64,000 nucleotides of DNA from Nitrospirota bacterium (lineage in GTDB: Bacteria > Nitrospirota > UBA9217), in the NCBI GenBank assembly GCA_029858565.1, contig JAOUEV010000004.1, positions 32,001 through 96,000 on the forward strand. Direction: 5' to 3'. Positions 1 through 9,340 of this stretch are shown here, piece by piece. The position numbers and the translations under genes were made by a program. The notes below the pieces were generated by a model, which worked only from the letters and a program-made list of their open reading frames with translations, made no database searches and was not told the origin of the DNA. The first letter of the stretch is position 1. Every line of letters begins with the position of its first letter.

Positions 1-187
1 GAGAGATGCCTATGAAGAGACAGAAAAAGATCTGTCAAAGGATATTGGATGTTGAGCACCGAGAGAAAAAACGTACCTTGGAAAGACAAGAACGAAGCCT
101 GCAGTATCCGCCTTGATCAGGGTGTTCATCCGCCTTTTCCGTGGCAAAGAAGTAGATTTTCAATTTACCCAGCAGGGAGTTACTGTC

Positions 188-1420
188 ATGGCCCATCCGA
201 AAATATTGGCATTCGTCCTCGCAGGCGGCAGGGGCGAACGGCTCGCGCCGCTCACGGACATGCGCACCAAGCCCTCGGTCCCCTTCGGCGGCAGGTTTCG
301 CATCGTGGACTTCGTGCTGAGCAATCTCCTGAACTCCCACATCTATTCCATTTATCTGCTGGTCCAGTACAAGTCCCAGTCGCTCATCGAGCACGTGCGC
401 CAGAACTGGGTGCTCTCGCCGCTGATACGCGATCACTTCGTTGCAGTGGTGCCGCCGCAGATGAAGATGGGACCGGAGTGGTTCCAGGGCACGGCAGATG
501 CCGTGTATCAGAACATCAACCTGATCCATGACCACGCTCCCGAGGTGGTGGTCGTGTTCGGCGCGGATCACATCTACCGCATGGATATCCGTCAGATGAT
601 CGATTTCCATATCGAGAAGGGGGCTGACGTGACGGTCGCTGCACGGCCGGTGCCGCTTGAGGAAGCATCGGCCTTTGGCGTGATTGCGGTTGACAAAAAC
701 GGCAGGATCACCGGGTTCCAGGAGAAACCGAAGGACCCGCAGCCAATGCCTGGGGCTTCGGACCGGGCGCTCGTATCCATGGGCAACTATCTCTTTAGCA
801 CCAACGTACTCGTGGATTCCCTCATGTGCGGGGCCGATAATCAACATGATTTCGGCAAGCATATCCTGCCGTCACTGATCGGATCGGGCAAGGTCTTTGC
901 CTACGACTTTGCGCAGAACGTGGTTCCGGGGACGAAACCCTTTGAGGAACAGGGCTACTGGCGCGATGTGGGGACCATTCCCGCGTACTTTCAGGCGCAC
1001 ATGGACATGCTGGGCGAAGCGCCGGTTTTCGATCTGCACAATAAGCAATGGCCTATCCATCCGGGCCGCTACCAGGGGCCTGCAGCCAAGATCTTGAAGG
1101 CCGAGATTGAGAACAGTCTTATCTCGGAGGGTGCCATCATCGCCAACGCGAAGGTCTCCAATTCCGTGATCCGGCGCGATGTGGTGATCGAGGATGGGAC
1201 ATCGATCGACGAATGCATCATCATGGAATCCGCAGTGATCAGGAAAGGCTGCAGGCTCAGGCGCGTGATCATCGACAAGTTCAATGTGCTCCCGGAAGGG
1301 ACCGAAATCGGATTCGACCGCGATCGCGACCGCCGCGCCGGCGTCTATCACCTGGACGGAGAAAACATCGTGGTGCTTTCCAAAGCAACGCGAAATTACA
1401 AGGGGATCTGCGAACGATGA
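188..1420 (+). CDS. glgC: Glucose-1-phosphate adenylyltransferase (ADP-glucose pyrophosphorylase)
   Basis: LAGGRGERLAPLT..RTKPSVPFGG, WFQGTADAVYQN, GADHIYRMD, FQEKP and YWRDVGT motifs; C-terminal beta-helix; ATG at 188 after a GGAG SD. Confidence 0.96.
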   Translation: MAHPKILAFVLAGGRGERLAPLTDMRTKPSVPFGGRFRIVDFVLSNLLNSHIYSIYLLVQYKSQSLIEHVRQNWVLSPLIRDHFVAVVPPQMKMGPEWFQGTADAVYQNINLIHDHAPEVVVVFGADHIYRMDIRQMIDFHIEKGADVTVAARPVPLEEASAFGVIAVDKNGRITGFQEKPKDPQPMPGASDRALVSMGNYLFSTNVLVDSLMCGADNQHDFGKHILPSLIGSGKVFAYDFAQNVVPGTKPFEEQGYWRDVGTIPAYFQAHMDMLGEAPVFDLHNKQWPIHPGRYQGPAAKILKAEIENSLISEGAIIANAKVSNSVIRRDVVIEDGTSIDECIIMESAVIRKGCRLRRVIIDKFNVLPEGTEIGFDRDRDRRAGVYHLDGENIVVLSKATRNYKGICER

Positions 1421-3267
1421 TCGCTCTCGGCGCACAGGTTGACCGACGCACGGCATCGTGCACCTTCCGGGTCTGGGCCCCGCTGCGCGAACAGGTGGAC
1501 GTTCATATCGTGGCTCCCGGGGAGCGGATCGCGCCGATGGCCCGCGATGAGCGGGGATATTGGCAGACCACCATGCAAGGCGTGGGGCCGGGTACACGGT
1601 ATTTCTATCGCCTAGACAACGACCGGGACCGTCCTGATCCGGCTTCCCGGTATCAGCCCGAAGGTGTGCACGGTCCGTCGGAGGTTGTTGACCATCAGAC
1701 CTTCCGGTGGAAGGACCGGACTTGGAAGGGGCTGTTGCTCAAGAAGTACGTGATCTACGAGCTTCACACCGGGACGTTCACGCCCGAGGGGACATTTGAG
1801 GCGATCATTCCGAGGCTTGCGGATTTGAAAGACCTCGGCGTCACGGCAATCGAGTTGATGCCGGTTTCACCCTTTCCGGGAACGCGCAACTGGGGCTATG
1901 ACGGCGTTTATCCCTTTGCAGTGCAGCATTCCTACGGCGGTCCCGACGGGCTGAAGCGGCTTGTGGACGCCTGTCATGGCCATGGGCTTGCCGTCATCCT
2001 CGATGTTGTCTATAATCATCTCGGGCCCGAGGGGAACTACCTGGGCGAGTACGGGCCCTATTTCACGGACCGCTATCGGACGCCCTGGGGCCAGGCGATC
2101 AATTTTGACGGGCCAAATGCCAACGAGGTACGTGCCTCTGTGGTCGGGAGCGCGCTGGCATGGTGCCGCGATTACCACATCGATGCGCTCCGGCTCGACG
2201 CAATCCACGGGATTTTCGATTTCAGCGCCCGTCATATCCTTCAGGATATCGGAGCAGCGGTCCATGCCGAGGGAAGGACCGGCAAACGCCGTCTGCACGT
2301 CATGCCGGAAAGCGACCTGAACAACGTGCGCATCATATCTCCACTTGCGCAGGGAGGGTATGGCCTTGATGCACAGTGGAACGACGACTTTCACCACGCG
2401 CTCCGGACGCTTTTGACCGGAGAACGGCGCGGCTACTACGAGGACTTCGGACGGATTGCCGATCTGGTTACCGCCTACCGGGACGGTTTCGTGTACTCGG
2501 GACGCTATTCGGTCCATCGCAAGCGGGACCACGGGAACCGGTCCGCGGACAGGCCCGCTGAGCAGTTCGTGGTTTTCTCGCAAAACCACGACCAGGTCGG
2601 GAACCGGATGCTGGGTGATCGCCTTATCACGCAGGTGTCCTGGGAGGCGCTCAAACTGGCGGCTGCGTGCGTGATCCTGTCGCCGTACCTGCCGCTCCTG
2701 TTCATGGGAGAGGAGTATGCTGAGCCTGCGCCGTTCCAGTACTTCGTCAGTCACGGCGACCAGGGCCTGATCGAGGCTGTGCGGAAGGGGCGGAAAGAGG
2801 AATTCCGTGCCTTTTCCTGGGAAGGAGAACCTCCTGATCCGCAGGCAGAGGAGACCTTTCAGCGCTCGCGACTGTCCTGGGAACTGCGGGGCGCCGGTAA
2901 ACATGCCGCGATGCTGGACTGGTACCGTGCGCTGTTCGAACTGAGAAGGCGCGTGTCTGCGCTTGCCAGCCTGTCGCGGGAACACTGCAGTGCTTCCGGG
3001 TCCGAAGAAGAGCGGATCGTTACCGTCAGACGCACCACGTCCCGAGGATCGTCCGAGGTCTTCTGCGCCTTCAATTTCAGCGACGAGGAGCGTTCCCTGA
3101 CGGTCCGACTATCCGGAATGGACGCTCGGAAACTGTGCGACAGCGCAGACGAGCGATGGCGCGGACCGGGAGCAACAGCGCCTGAGCGCATCGGGCCGCG
3201 TGCGCGGATCACCATACGGCCGCAGAGCGCAGTTGTCTACGCAGCTACAAAGAGGAAACATGCATGA
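1417..3267 (+). CDS. treZ: Malto-oligosyltrehalose trehalohydrolase (GH13)
   Basis: FRVWAP, PDPASRYQPEGVHGPS, YELHTGTFT, RNWGYDG, LDVVYNHLGPEGNYL, LRLDAIH, QNHDQVGNR; ATGA overlap with the glgC stop. Confidence 0.95.
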   Translation: MIALGAQVDRRTASCTFRVWAPLREQVDVHIVAPGERIAPMARDERGYWQTTMQGVGPGTRYFYRLDNDRDRPDPASRYQPEGVHGPSEVVDHQTFRWKDRTWKGLLLKKYVIYELHTGTFTPEGTFEAIIPRLADLKDLGVTAIELMPVSPFPGTRNWGYDGVYPFAVQHSYGGPDGLKRLVDACHGHGLAVILDVVYNHLGPEGNYLGEYGPYFTDRYRTPWGQAINFDGPNANEVRASVVGSALAWCRDYHIDALRLDAIHGIFDFSARHILQDIGAAVHAEGRTGKRRLHVMPESDLNNVRIISPLAQGGYGLDAQWNDDFHHALRTLLTGERRGYYEDFGRIADLVTAYRDGFVYSGRYSVHRKRDHGNRSADRPAEQFVVFSQNHDQVGNRMLGDRLITQVSWEALKLAAACVILSPYLPLLFMGEEYAEPAPFQYFVSHGDQGLIEAVRKGRKEEFRAFSWEGEPPDPQAEETFQRSRLSWELRGAGKHAAMLDWYRALFELRRRVSALASLSREHCSASGSEEERIVTVRRTTSRGSSEVFCAFNFSDEERSLTVRLSGMDARKLCDSADERWRGPGATAPERIGPRARITIRPQSAVVYAATKRKHA

Positions 3268-5723
3268 CCCAGCGCTATGTGTGTGTGCACGGCCACTTCT
3301 ATCAGCCGCCGCGGGAAAATCCCTGGCTTGAGGCCGTGGAAATCCAGGATTCAGCACACCCGTACCATGACTGGAACGAGCGGGTCACGGCGGAATGCTA
3401 TGCCCCGAACTCGGCCGCGCGGCTGCTCGATGCGGACCAGCGTATCGTGGATATCATCAGCAATTACGAACAGATCAGCTTCAACTTCGGCCCCACGCTC
3501 CTGTCCTGGATGGAGACCGCATCGCCCGAAGTCTACCGGGCCGTGCTGGAGGCCGACCGGGTGAGCCGCGAACGGCGCGGCGGGCACGGGAATGCCATTG
3601 CCCAGGTCTATAACCACATTATCATGCCGCTGGCGAACGAGATGGACAAGCGGACGCAGGTTCTTTGGGGCATCAAGGATTTCGAACACCGGTTCAGGCG
3701 CTATCCCGAGGGCATGTGGCTCGCTGAAACGGCGGTTGACACTGACACCCTTGAAGCGCTTGCCGAGCAGGGGATCCGGTTCACGATCCTTGCCCCGCGC
3801 CAGGCATCGCGCATCCGGAAGATCGGGAAGGATGAATGGCAGGATGCCGGAAACTCACGGATCGATCCGAGCCAGGCCTACCTGTGCACGCTTCCTTCAG
3901 GCCGCGTGATCACTCTCTTTTTCTACGACGGTCCCATTTCGCAGGCGGTTGCGTTCGAAAAGCTCCTGAACCGGGGGGAGGATTTTGCGAACCGTTTGCT
4001 GCACGGATTCAACGACAACCGGAGCTGGCCGCAGCTCATGCACATCGCCACGGACGGCGAGACCTATGGCCATCATCAGAAGTTCGGGGATATGGCGCTG
4101 GGGTATGCGCTGCACAGCATTGAAGCGAGCGGAGCCGCGAAGGTCGTGAACTACGCGCAGTACCTGGAAATGCACCCGCCTGAATACGAGGTCGAGATAT
4201 TTGATAACAGCTCCTGGAGTTGCGTGCACGGGGTCGAACGGTGGCGCAGCAACTGCGGATGCAATTCAGGCGGCTACGGCCACTGGAATCAGGAATGGCG
4301 GGGCCCGCTCCGCGCGGCGCTCGACTGGCTCCGCGACGCCATGGCAGGTCAGTTCATCGGACGTGCAGCGGAATTCCTGAAGGATCCCTGGCATGCGCGC
4401 GACGACTATATTTCCGTGGTGCTGGACAGGTCCCAGGCGAGCCTGGACGGTTTTATCGAACGAAATGCGCTTCGTTCGCTGAATGTTGACGAGCGGGTCC
4501 TGGTTGTGAAATTGATGGAAGTGCAGCGCCAGGCAATGCTGATGTATACGAGCTGCGGCTGGTTCTTTGACGAGCTGTCCGGCATCGAAACGGTCCAGAT
4601 CCTCAAGTACGCCGGAGGAGCGATCCGGCTGTGCGAGAGCATCATGCAGTGCGGTATGGAAAAGACATTTCTGGAACGGCTTGTCGAGGCAAAGAGCAAC
4701 GTTCCTGAACACCGGGACGGCGCGCAGATTTACGAGAAATTCGTGAAGCCCTCGATCATCGATGTGCAGAAGGTGGGCGTCCACTACGCAGTCAGTTCGC
4801 TGTTCGAGGATTATCCCGAGGATACGAGGATCTTCTGTTACCGTGCGCTTCGGGAAGATGCGATCCTGGAACAGACGGGACGCACGAAACTAGCGATTGG
4901 ACGGGTGTCCGTCACTTCGGACATTACGCACGAAAGCGACAAGCTGACCTACTGTGTGCTCTATTTCGGCGACCATGCATTCAATGGCGGGGTCCGCACC
5001 TTCCGGGGTGACGAGGCGTTTGGTTCCATGCGGGACGAGATCGTTGAGCACTTCCGCTCCGGCGACCTTGCTGGCGTTGTTCGGCTCATGGACAGACATT
5101 TCGGGTCGAACAACTACTCTCTGAGCGACCTGTTCTGGGACGAACAGCGCAAGATCCTGGGCCAGGTGACCCAGGCGGCTGTAGAGGAGCACCAGCAGGC
5201 ATATGTGCGCATGTACAACGATATCCGCGGACTCATGATCTTTCTAGCCGGGACCGGAGCGCCTCTCCCGAAGCCCTTTCTCGCGGCTGCAGAGATGGCG
5301 CTGAACTTCGAGTTATGGAAAGCGTTCAGCGAAGCAGCGGTCAACGTCGAGCGAGTTCAGGTGCTTGCAGAGGATATCAAACGCTGGAGCGTTCCCTTGT
5401 CCGCAGTTGATCTGGAGTTTTTGGTGCGTCACCGGGCCGAGGACATGATGAGGCGGCTAGTGGCAGATCCGAACGATGTGCTGCAGATAGAGGAATTATG
5501 CAAGATCGTGGAACTTCTGCGCTTGCTGCCCGTGGACATTACTTTCTGGCAGATCCAGAATGATTACTACCGGATGGCGCGTATGGCCTACGTGGATTTT
5601 CTCGTGAGCGAGCGAGCAGGTGACGAAAAGGCGCGTACATGGAATGACGCTTTTCGCAGGCTCGGCCAGGCGCTCTGGTTCAACATTGACTCAATATTGC
5701 CGAAGGAGGAACGCTCCTCATGA
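3264..5723 (+). CDS. Glycoside hydrolase family 57 / DUF3536 protein
   Basis: VHGHFYQPPRENPW, GMWLAETAVD, DGETYGHH, SWSCVHGVERW and MYTSCGWFFDE motifs; ATGA-coupled within the tre operon. Confidence 0.9.
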   Translation: MTQRYVCVHGHFYQPPRENPWLEAVEIQDSAHPYHDWNERVTAECYAPNSAARLLDADQRIVDIISNYEQISFNFGPTLLSWMETASPEVYRAVLEADRVSRERRGGHGNAIAQVYNHIIMPLANEMDKRTQVLWGIKDFEHRFRRYPEGMWLAETAVDTDTLEALAEQGIRFTILAPRQASRIRKIGKDEWQDAGNSRIDPSQAYLCTLPSGRVITLFFYDGPISQAVAFEKLLNRGEDFANRLLHGFNDNRSWPQLMHIATDGETYGHHQKFGDMALGYALHSIEASGAAKVVNYAQYLEMHPPEYEVEIFDNSSWSCVHGVERWRSNCGCNSGGYGHWNQEWRGPLRAALDWLRDAMAGQFIGRAAEFLKDPWHARDDYISVVLDRSQASLDGFIERNALRSLNVDERVLVVKLMEVQRQAMLMYTSCGWFFDELSGIETVQILKYAGGAIRLCESIMQCGMEKTFLERLVEAKSNVPEHRDGAQIYEKFVKPSIIDVQKVGVHYAVSSLFEDYPEDTRIFCYRALREDAILEQTGRTKLAIGRVSVTSDITHESDKLTYCVLYFGDHAFNGGVRTFRGDEAFGSMRDEIVEHFRSGDLAGVVRLMDRHFGSNNYSLSDLFWDEQRKILGQVTQAAVEEHQQAYVRMYNDIRGLMIFLAGTGAPLPKPFLAAAEMALNFELWKAFSEAAVNVERVQVLAEDIKRWSVPLSAVDLEFLVRHRAEDMMRRLVADPNDVLQIEELCKIVELLRLLPVDITFWQIQNDYYRMARMAYVDFLVSERAGDEKARTWNDAFRRLGQALWFNIDSILPKEERSS

Positions 5724-8689
5724 GGGAAGGACCGTCCGTGCCGAACGTCCCGAGTTCTACCTACCGGCTCCAGTTCAACAGGTACTTTACCTTCCGTGAT
5801 GCCGTTGCCCTTGCGGGATATTTCAGCGAGCTCGGGATCAGCCATTACTACGCGTCGCCGTTTTTAAAGGCGCGGCCGGGGAGCCTCCACGGCTACGACG
5901 TCATCGACCACGGAGCGCTGAATCCCGAAGTCGGGACCATGGACGACCTCTCCTTCCTCGGCGCGGAGCTCGCTCGGCTCGGGATGGGACTGATCTACGA
6001 TGTCGTGCCGAATCACATGTGCATCGAAAGTCCCGACAACCTCTGGTGGATGGACGTGCTCGAGAACGGGCAGAGTTCGCCCTATGCGCGTTACTTCGAC
6101 ATCGATTGGACGCCGGTCAAGAAGGAACTGAGAAACAAAGTGCTGATACCGGTGTTGGGCGATCAGTACGGCAACGTTCTGGAACGGCGGGAATTGCGCC
6201 TGCTGTTTCGCGAAGGGGCTTTTTATATCGGGTACTACGAGAACCGTTTTCCGGTCCGTCCTCAGGCGTATGCGATGATTCTGGAACAGGGCCTTGACGA
6301 GCTCAGAAACGCACTGCCCGCCGACAGCCCGGACCTGGCTGAATACCTGAGCATTCTGACGGCGCTGGAACGTCTGCCATCTTATCTTGAAACCGATCCT
6401 TTGCAGATCGAGGTTCGATATCGTGAAAAGGAAGTCGCAAAACGACGACTTGCGGCGCTTGCGGAGCAAAGTCCCGTTATTGACGGCCACCTCAAGAGAA
6501 CAATTGCACTGTTCAACGGGGCCCAGGAGCAGCCGCGCAGTTTCGATCTGCTGGATCATCTGCTGGATGCGCAGATCTACCGGTTGTCCGATTGGCGTGT
6601 CGCGATGGAGGAGATCAACTATCGCCGCTTTTTTGACGTGAACGGCCTCGGCGCCGTCAGGATGGAGAATGCAGAGGTGTTTCATGCTTCCCATGCGCTC
6701 CTGTTCCGGCTGGTACGCGCGGGCATCGTCACCGGGCTCAGGATCGATCATCCCGACGGTTTGTACAATCCCGTGGAGTATTTTCACCGTCTCCAGCGGG
6801 GCTGTTTTGTGCAGCGCGCCATCGCCGAACGACGATCCCCTGAGGACGATGACCGGCTTGTCCTGGAATTCGGCCGGGAATACGACGGCACCGCATGGGC
6901 CGACGCGGCGTTCAAACCCTTCTATATCGTGGGAGAAAAAATCCTCGGAAAGAGCGAGCGGATGCCAGAGGATTGGCCGATTTTCAGCACCACGGGGTAT
7001 GTGTTCATGAACTCGGTGAACGGAATTTTCGTGGACGGCGCGAGCGCGAAGACCATGACCGCGATCTATGATAAATTTACCAGGACGGAAATCGGATTCG
7101 GCGACATTCTCTACGAGAAGAAGAAGCTGGTCATGCAGGTTGCCATGGCGAGCGAAGTTAACATGCTCGGCCATTATCTCAACGACCTTTCTGAAAAGAA
7201 CCGGCATACCCGTGATTTTACGCTGAACAGCCTGACGGCCGCGATCATCGAGATCATCGCCTGTTTTCCCGTGTACCGGAGCTACATCAACACGTGGTCC
7301 GTGAGCGACCGGGACCGCCAGATCGTTGAACTGGCTGTTTCGAAGGCGAAAAGAAGGAATCCCGCGATCAGTTCCTCGATCTTCGACTTTTTGCGCGATG
7401 TGCTGCTGCTCCGGTTCCCGGAACATGCAACGGTCAACGACATGGGTGCGTGGCTTGACTTCGCGAGGCGGTTCCAGCAGATCACCGGGCCGGTTATGGC
7501 AAAAGGCGTGGAAGATACGGCATTCTACGTGTATAACCGGCTGGTGTCCCTGAACGAGGTGGGCGGCGCTCCGGATCGGTTCGGTACAACGCTTGAGACC
7601 TTCCACGGCCAGAATATCGAACGGTCGAAAAACTGGCCCCACGCCATGATCGCAACAACAACGCACGATACCAAACGGAGCGAGGACGTGCGCGCCAGGA
7701 TCAATGTGCTTTCGGAAATTCCCCGTGAATGGGCGGAGCGTGTCAGGGCCTGGTCGCGGATGAACAAAAAGAGGAAGACCGTTATCGATGGCGTTGAGGC
7801 CCCGGACCGGAATGAAGAGTATTTGCTGTACCAGACCCTTGTCGGCGCGTGGCCTCTGGTGCCACTGGGCGAACGGGAACAGGATGTCTTTATCGGACGG
7901 ATCAGGGAATATATGCTCAAGGCTTCCCGGGAGGCAAAAGCAAACACGAGTTGGATCAACCCGAACAGGAAATATGAGGACGCGCTTGCGCTGTTCGTTG
8001 TCTCTGTTTTGAAACCGCCACGGGTGAGCAGGTTCCTCAGTGACTTCCTGTCCTTTCAGCGGATGATTTCCCACTTCGGCATATATAACTCTCTTGCACA
8101 GGTACTTCTCAAGATCTGCGCTCCCGGAGTGCCGGATTTTTATCAGGGAACGGAACTATGGGACTTCAGCCTTGTGGATCCCGATAACCGGCGGCCGGTT
8201 GACTACGAATTGCGCAAGGATATGCTGAAGCGGATCAGGGAAGCGGAGTCTGTATCTTCCGGCGTCAGTTTTGCCATGGAACTGGCCCTTGCAAAGGATG
8301 ACGGCAGGATCAAACTATATACTATCTGGAAAGCGCTCAACTTCCGGAAAGCGCGGCTTCGCCTGTTCCAGGAAGGGGAGTATCACCCCTGTGCTGTTGA
8401 GGGGAAATGGTCGGAGAACCTTTGCGCGTTCGAGCGCCGCGGCGAGGGCCCGCCGGTCATTGTTGCAGTACCGCGGCTACTGACCAGGATGATCTCGGGA
8501 ACGGGATCCGTTCCTTTTGGGAAAACGGTTTGGGATGACACGATGTTGTCCCTGGAAGGCGGCGGGGCGCGTGGCAGGCAGTACCGCAATATCTTCACGT
8601 CGGAAGTGATCGAATCGGACGACGAGGGGAACATCGCCGTAGGAGATATCTTTTCCTCATTCCCTGTTGCGCTGCTGGAGGCCCTCTGA
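5720..8689 (+). CDS. treY: Malto-oligosyltrehalose synthase (GH13)
   Basis: PSSTYRLQF, GSLHGYDV, DVVPNHM, INYRRFFDVN, GLRIDHPDGL, MAKGVEDTAFY, THDTKRSEDVRAR, PGVPDFYQG, SLVDPDNRRPVDY. Confidence 0.95.
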   Translation: MREGPSVPNVPSSTYRLQFNRYFTFRDAVALAGYFSELGISHYYASPFLKARPGSLHGYDVIDHGALNPEVGTMDDLSFLGAELARLGMGLIYDVVPNHMCIESPDNLWWMDVLENGQSSPYARYFDIDWTPVKKELRNKVLIPVLGDQYGNVLERRELRLLFREGAFYIGYYENRFPVRPQAYAMILEQGLDELRNALPADSPDLAEYLSILTALERLPSYLETDPLQIEVRYREKEVAKRRLAALAEQSPVIDGHLKRTIALFNGAQEQPRSFDLLDHLLDAQIYRLSDWRVAMEEINYRRFFDVNGLGAVRMENAEVFHASHALLFRLVRAGIVTGLRIDHPDGLYNPVEYFHRLQRGCFVQRAIAERRSPEDDDRLVLEFGREYDGTAWADAAFKPFYIVGEKILGKSERMPEDWPIFSTTGYVFMNSVNGIFVDGASAKTMTAIYDKFTRTEIGFGDILYEKKKLVMQVAMASEVNMLGHYLNDLSEKNRHTRDFTLNSLTAAIIEIIACFPVYRSYINTWSVSDRDRQIVELAVSKAKRRNPAISSSIFDFLRDVLLLRFPEHATVNDMGAWLDFARRFQQITGPVMAKGVEDTAFYVYNRLVSLNEVGGAPDRFGTTLETFHGQNIERSKNWPHAMIATTTHDTKRSEDVRARINVLSEIPREWAERVRAWSRMNKKRKTVIDGVEAPDRNEEYLLYQTLVGAWPLVPLGEREQDVFIGRIREYMLKASREAKANTSWINPNRKYEDALALFVVSVLKPPRVSRFLSDFLSFQRMISHFGIYNSLAQVLLKICAPGVPDFYQGTELWDFSLVDPDNRRPVDYELRKDMLKRIREAESVSSGVSFAMELALAKDDGRIKLYTIWKALNFRKARLRLFQEGEYHPCAVEGKWSENLCAFERRGEGPPVIVAVPRLLTRMISGTGSVPFGKTVWDDTMLSLEGGGARGRQYRNIFTSEVIESDDEGNIAVGDIFSSFPVALLEAL

Positions 8690-8994
8690 TGAACGGTACT
8701 GCTTCTGATAGAGGTCTTGCAAGCCGCTCTTTAATCTAGATTGCTTCCTGTTCGATTCTGTGTTTCACAATTGAATGTGAAACAATTTCTGAAGTTAAAA
8801 AGCAATCGTCCCGGAGGTGCTCTGTGAAACAGATTCAAAGCGGTTTCACAGGGCGCGAAAATTGTTTCATATTTTTGTAACAATGCACGATTCCGGCGCT
8901 TGACTTCGCACGGTTCATCATCTCTTTTCTGGACATTTTCCCATGCCTGTAGTAACGTACCGGATTATTATGGAATTAATACTCGGGCAGGGGC

Positions 8995-9150
8995 ATGACT
9001 GATTTAGAAACCATTCAGAAAAAGATCCTCTCATTCCGGAACGAGCGTGACTGGGCGCAATTCCACGATCCCAATAACCTTTCCAATCCTGCCTATATCT
9101 TAGGAATGCTCTTTGAAAGAAGTGCGGTTGTATTATCACTTCTTAGCTAA
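8995..9150 (+). pseudogene. Truncated MazG-like nucleotide pyrophosphohydrolase remnant (51 aa)
   Basis: Hand translation MTDLETIQKKILSFRNERDWAQFHDPNNL...; the F-R-x-E-R-D-W-x-Q-F-H-x-P-x-N-L start matches the MazG-like/dCTPase family, but the following E-x-x-E-L-L-E catalytic helix is absent. Confidence 0.7.
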
Positions 9151-9340
9151 GCTGTATGTGCTTCAAGGGAGGACATCGTGAATATAATAATCATTGCGAT
9201 TATTTGTTGGGTCCTCTGGTTACTGTTTTGGAGTAAGAGAACAGTGATCGACGGCCAGGAGCAGCTGCCGCTGGAATGAAAAAGCATTGCGCGGCGCATG
9301 CGCCTTCCGAAATTCCTTTTGATATGGTAGAGTGTCCGTC

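Noticed and set aside
2-55. Possible 3' end of an upstream gene (RDAYEETEKDLSKDIGC-TGA) and Cys-Sec read-through into the glgC frame
   Set aside because: Too short to identify; no SECIS-like hairpin recognised after the TGA; glgC has its own SD and ATG
8761-8784. parS site
   Set aside because: The half-sites are separated by 8 extra bases, so this is not the contiguous 16-bp parS palindrome; kept only as an unexplained palindrome cluster
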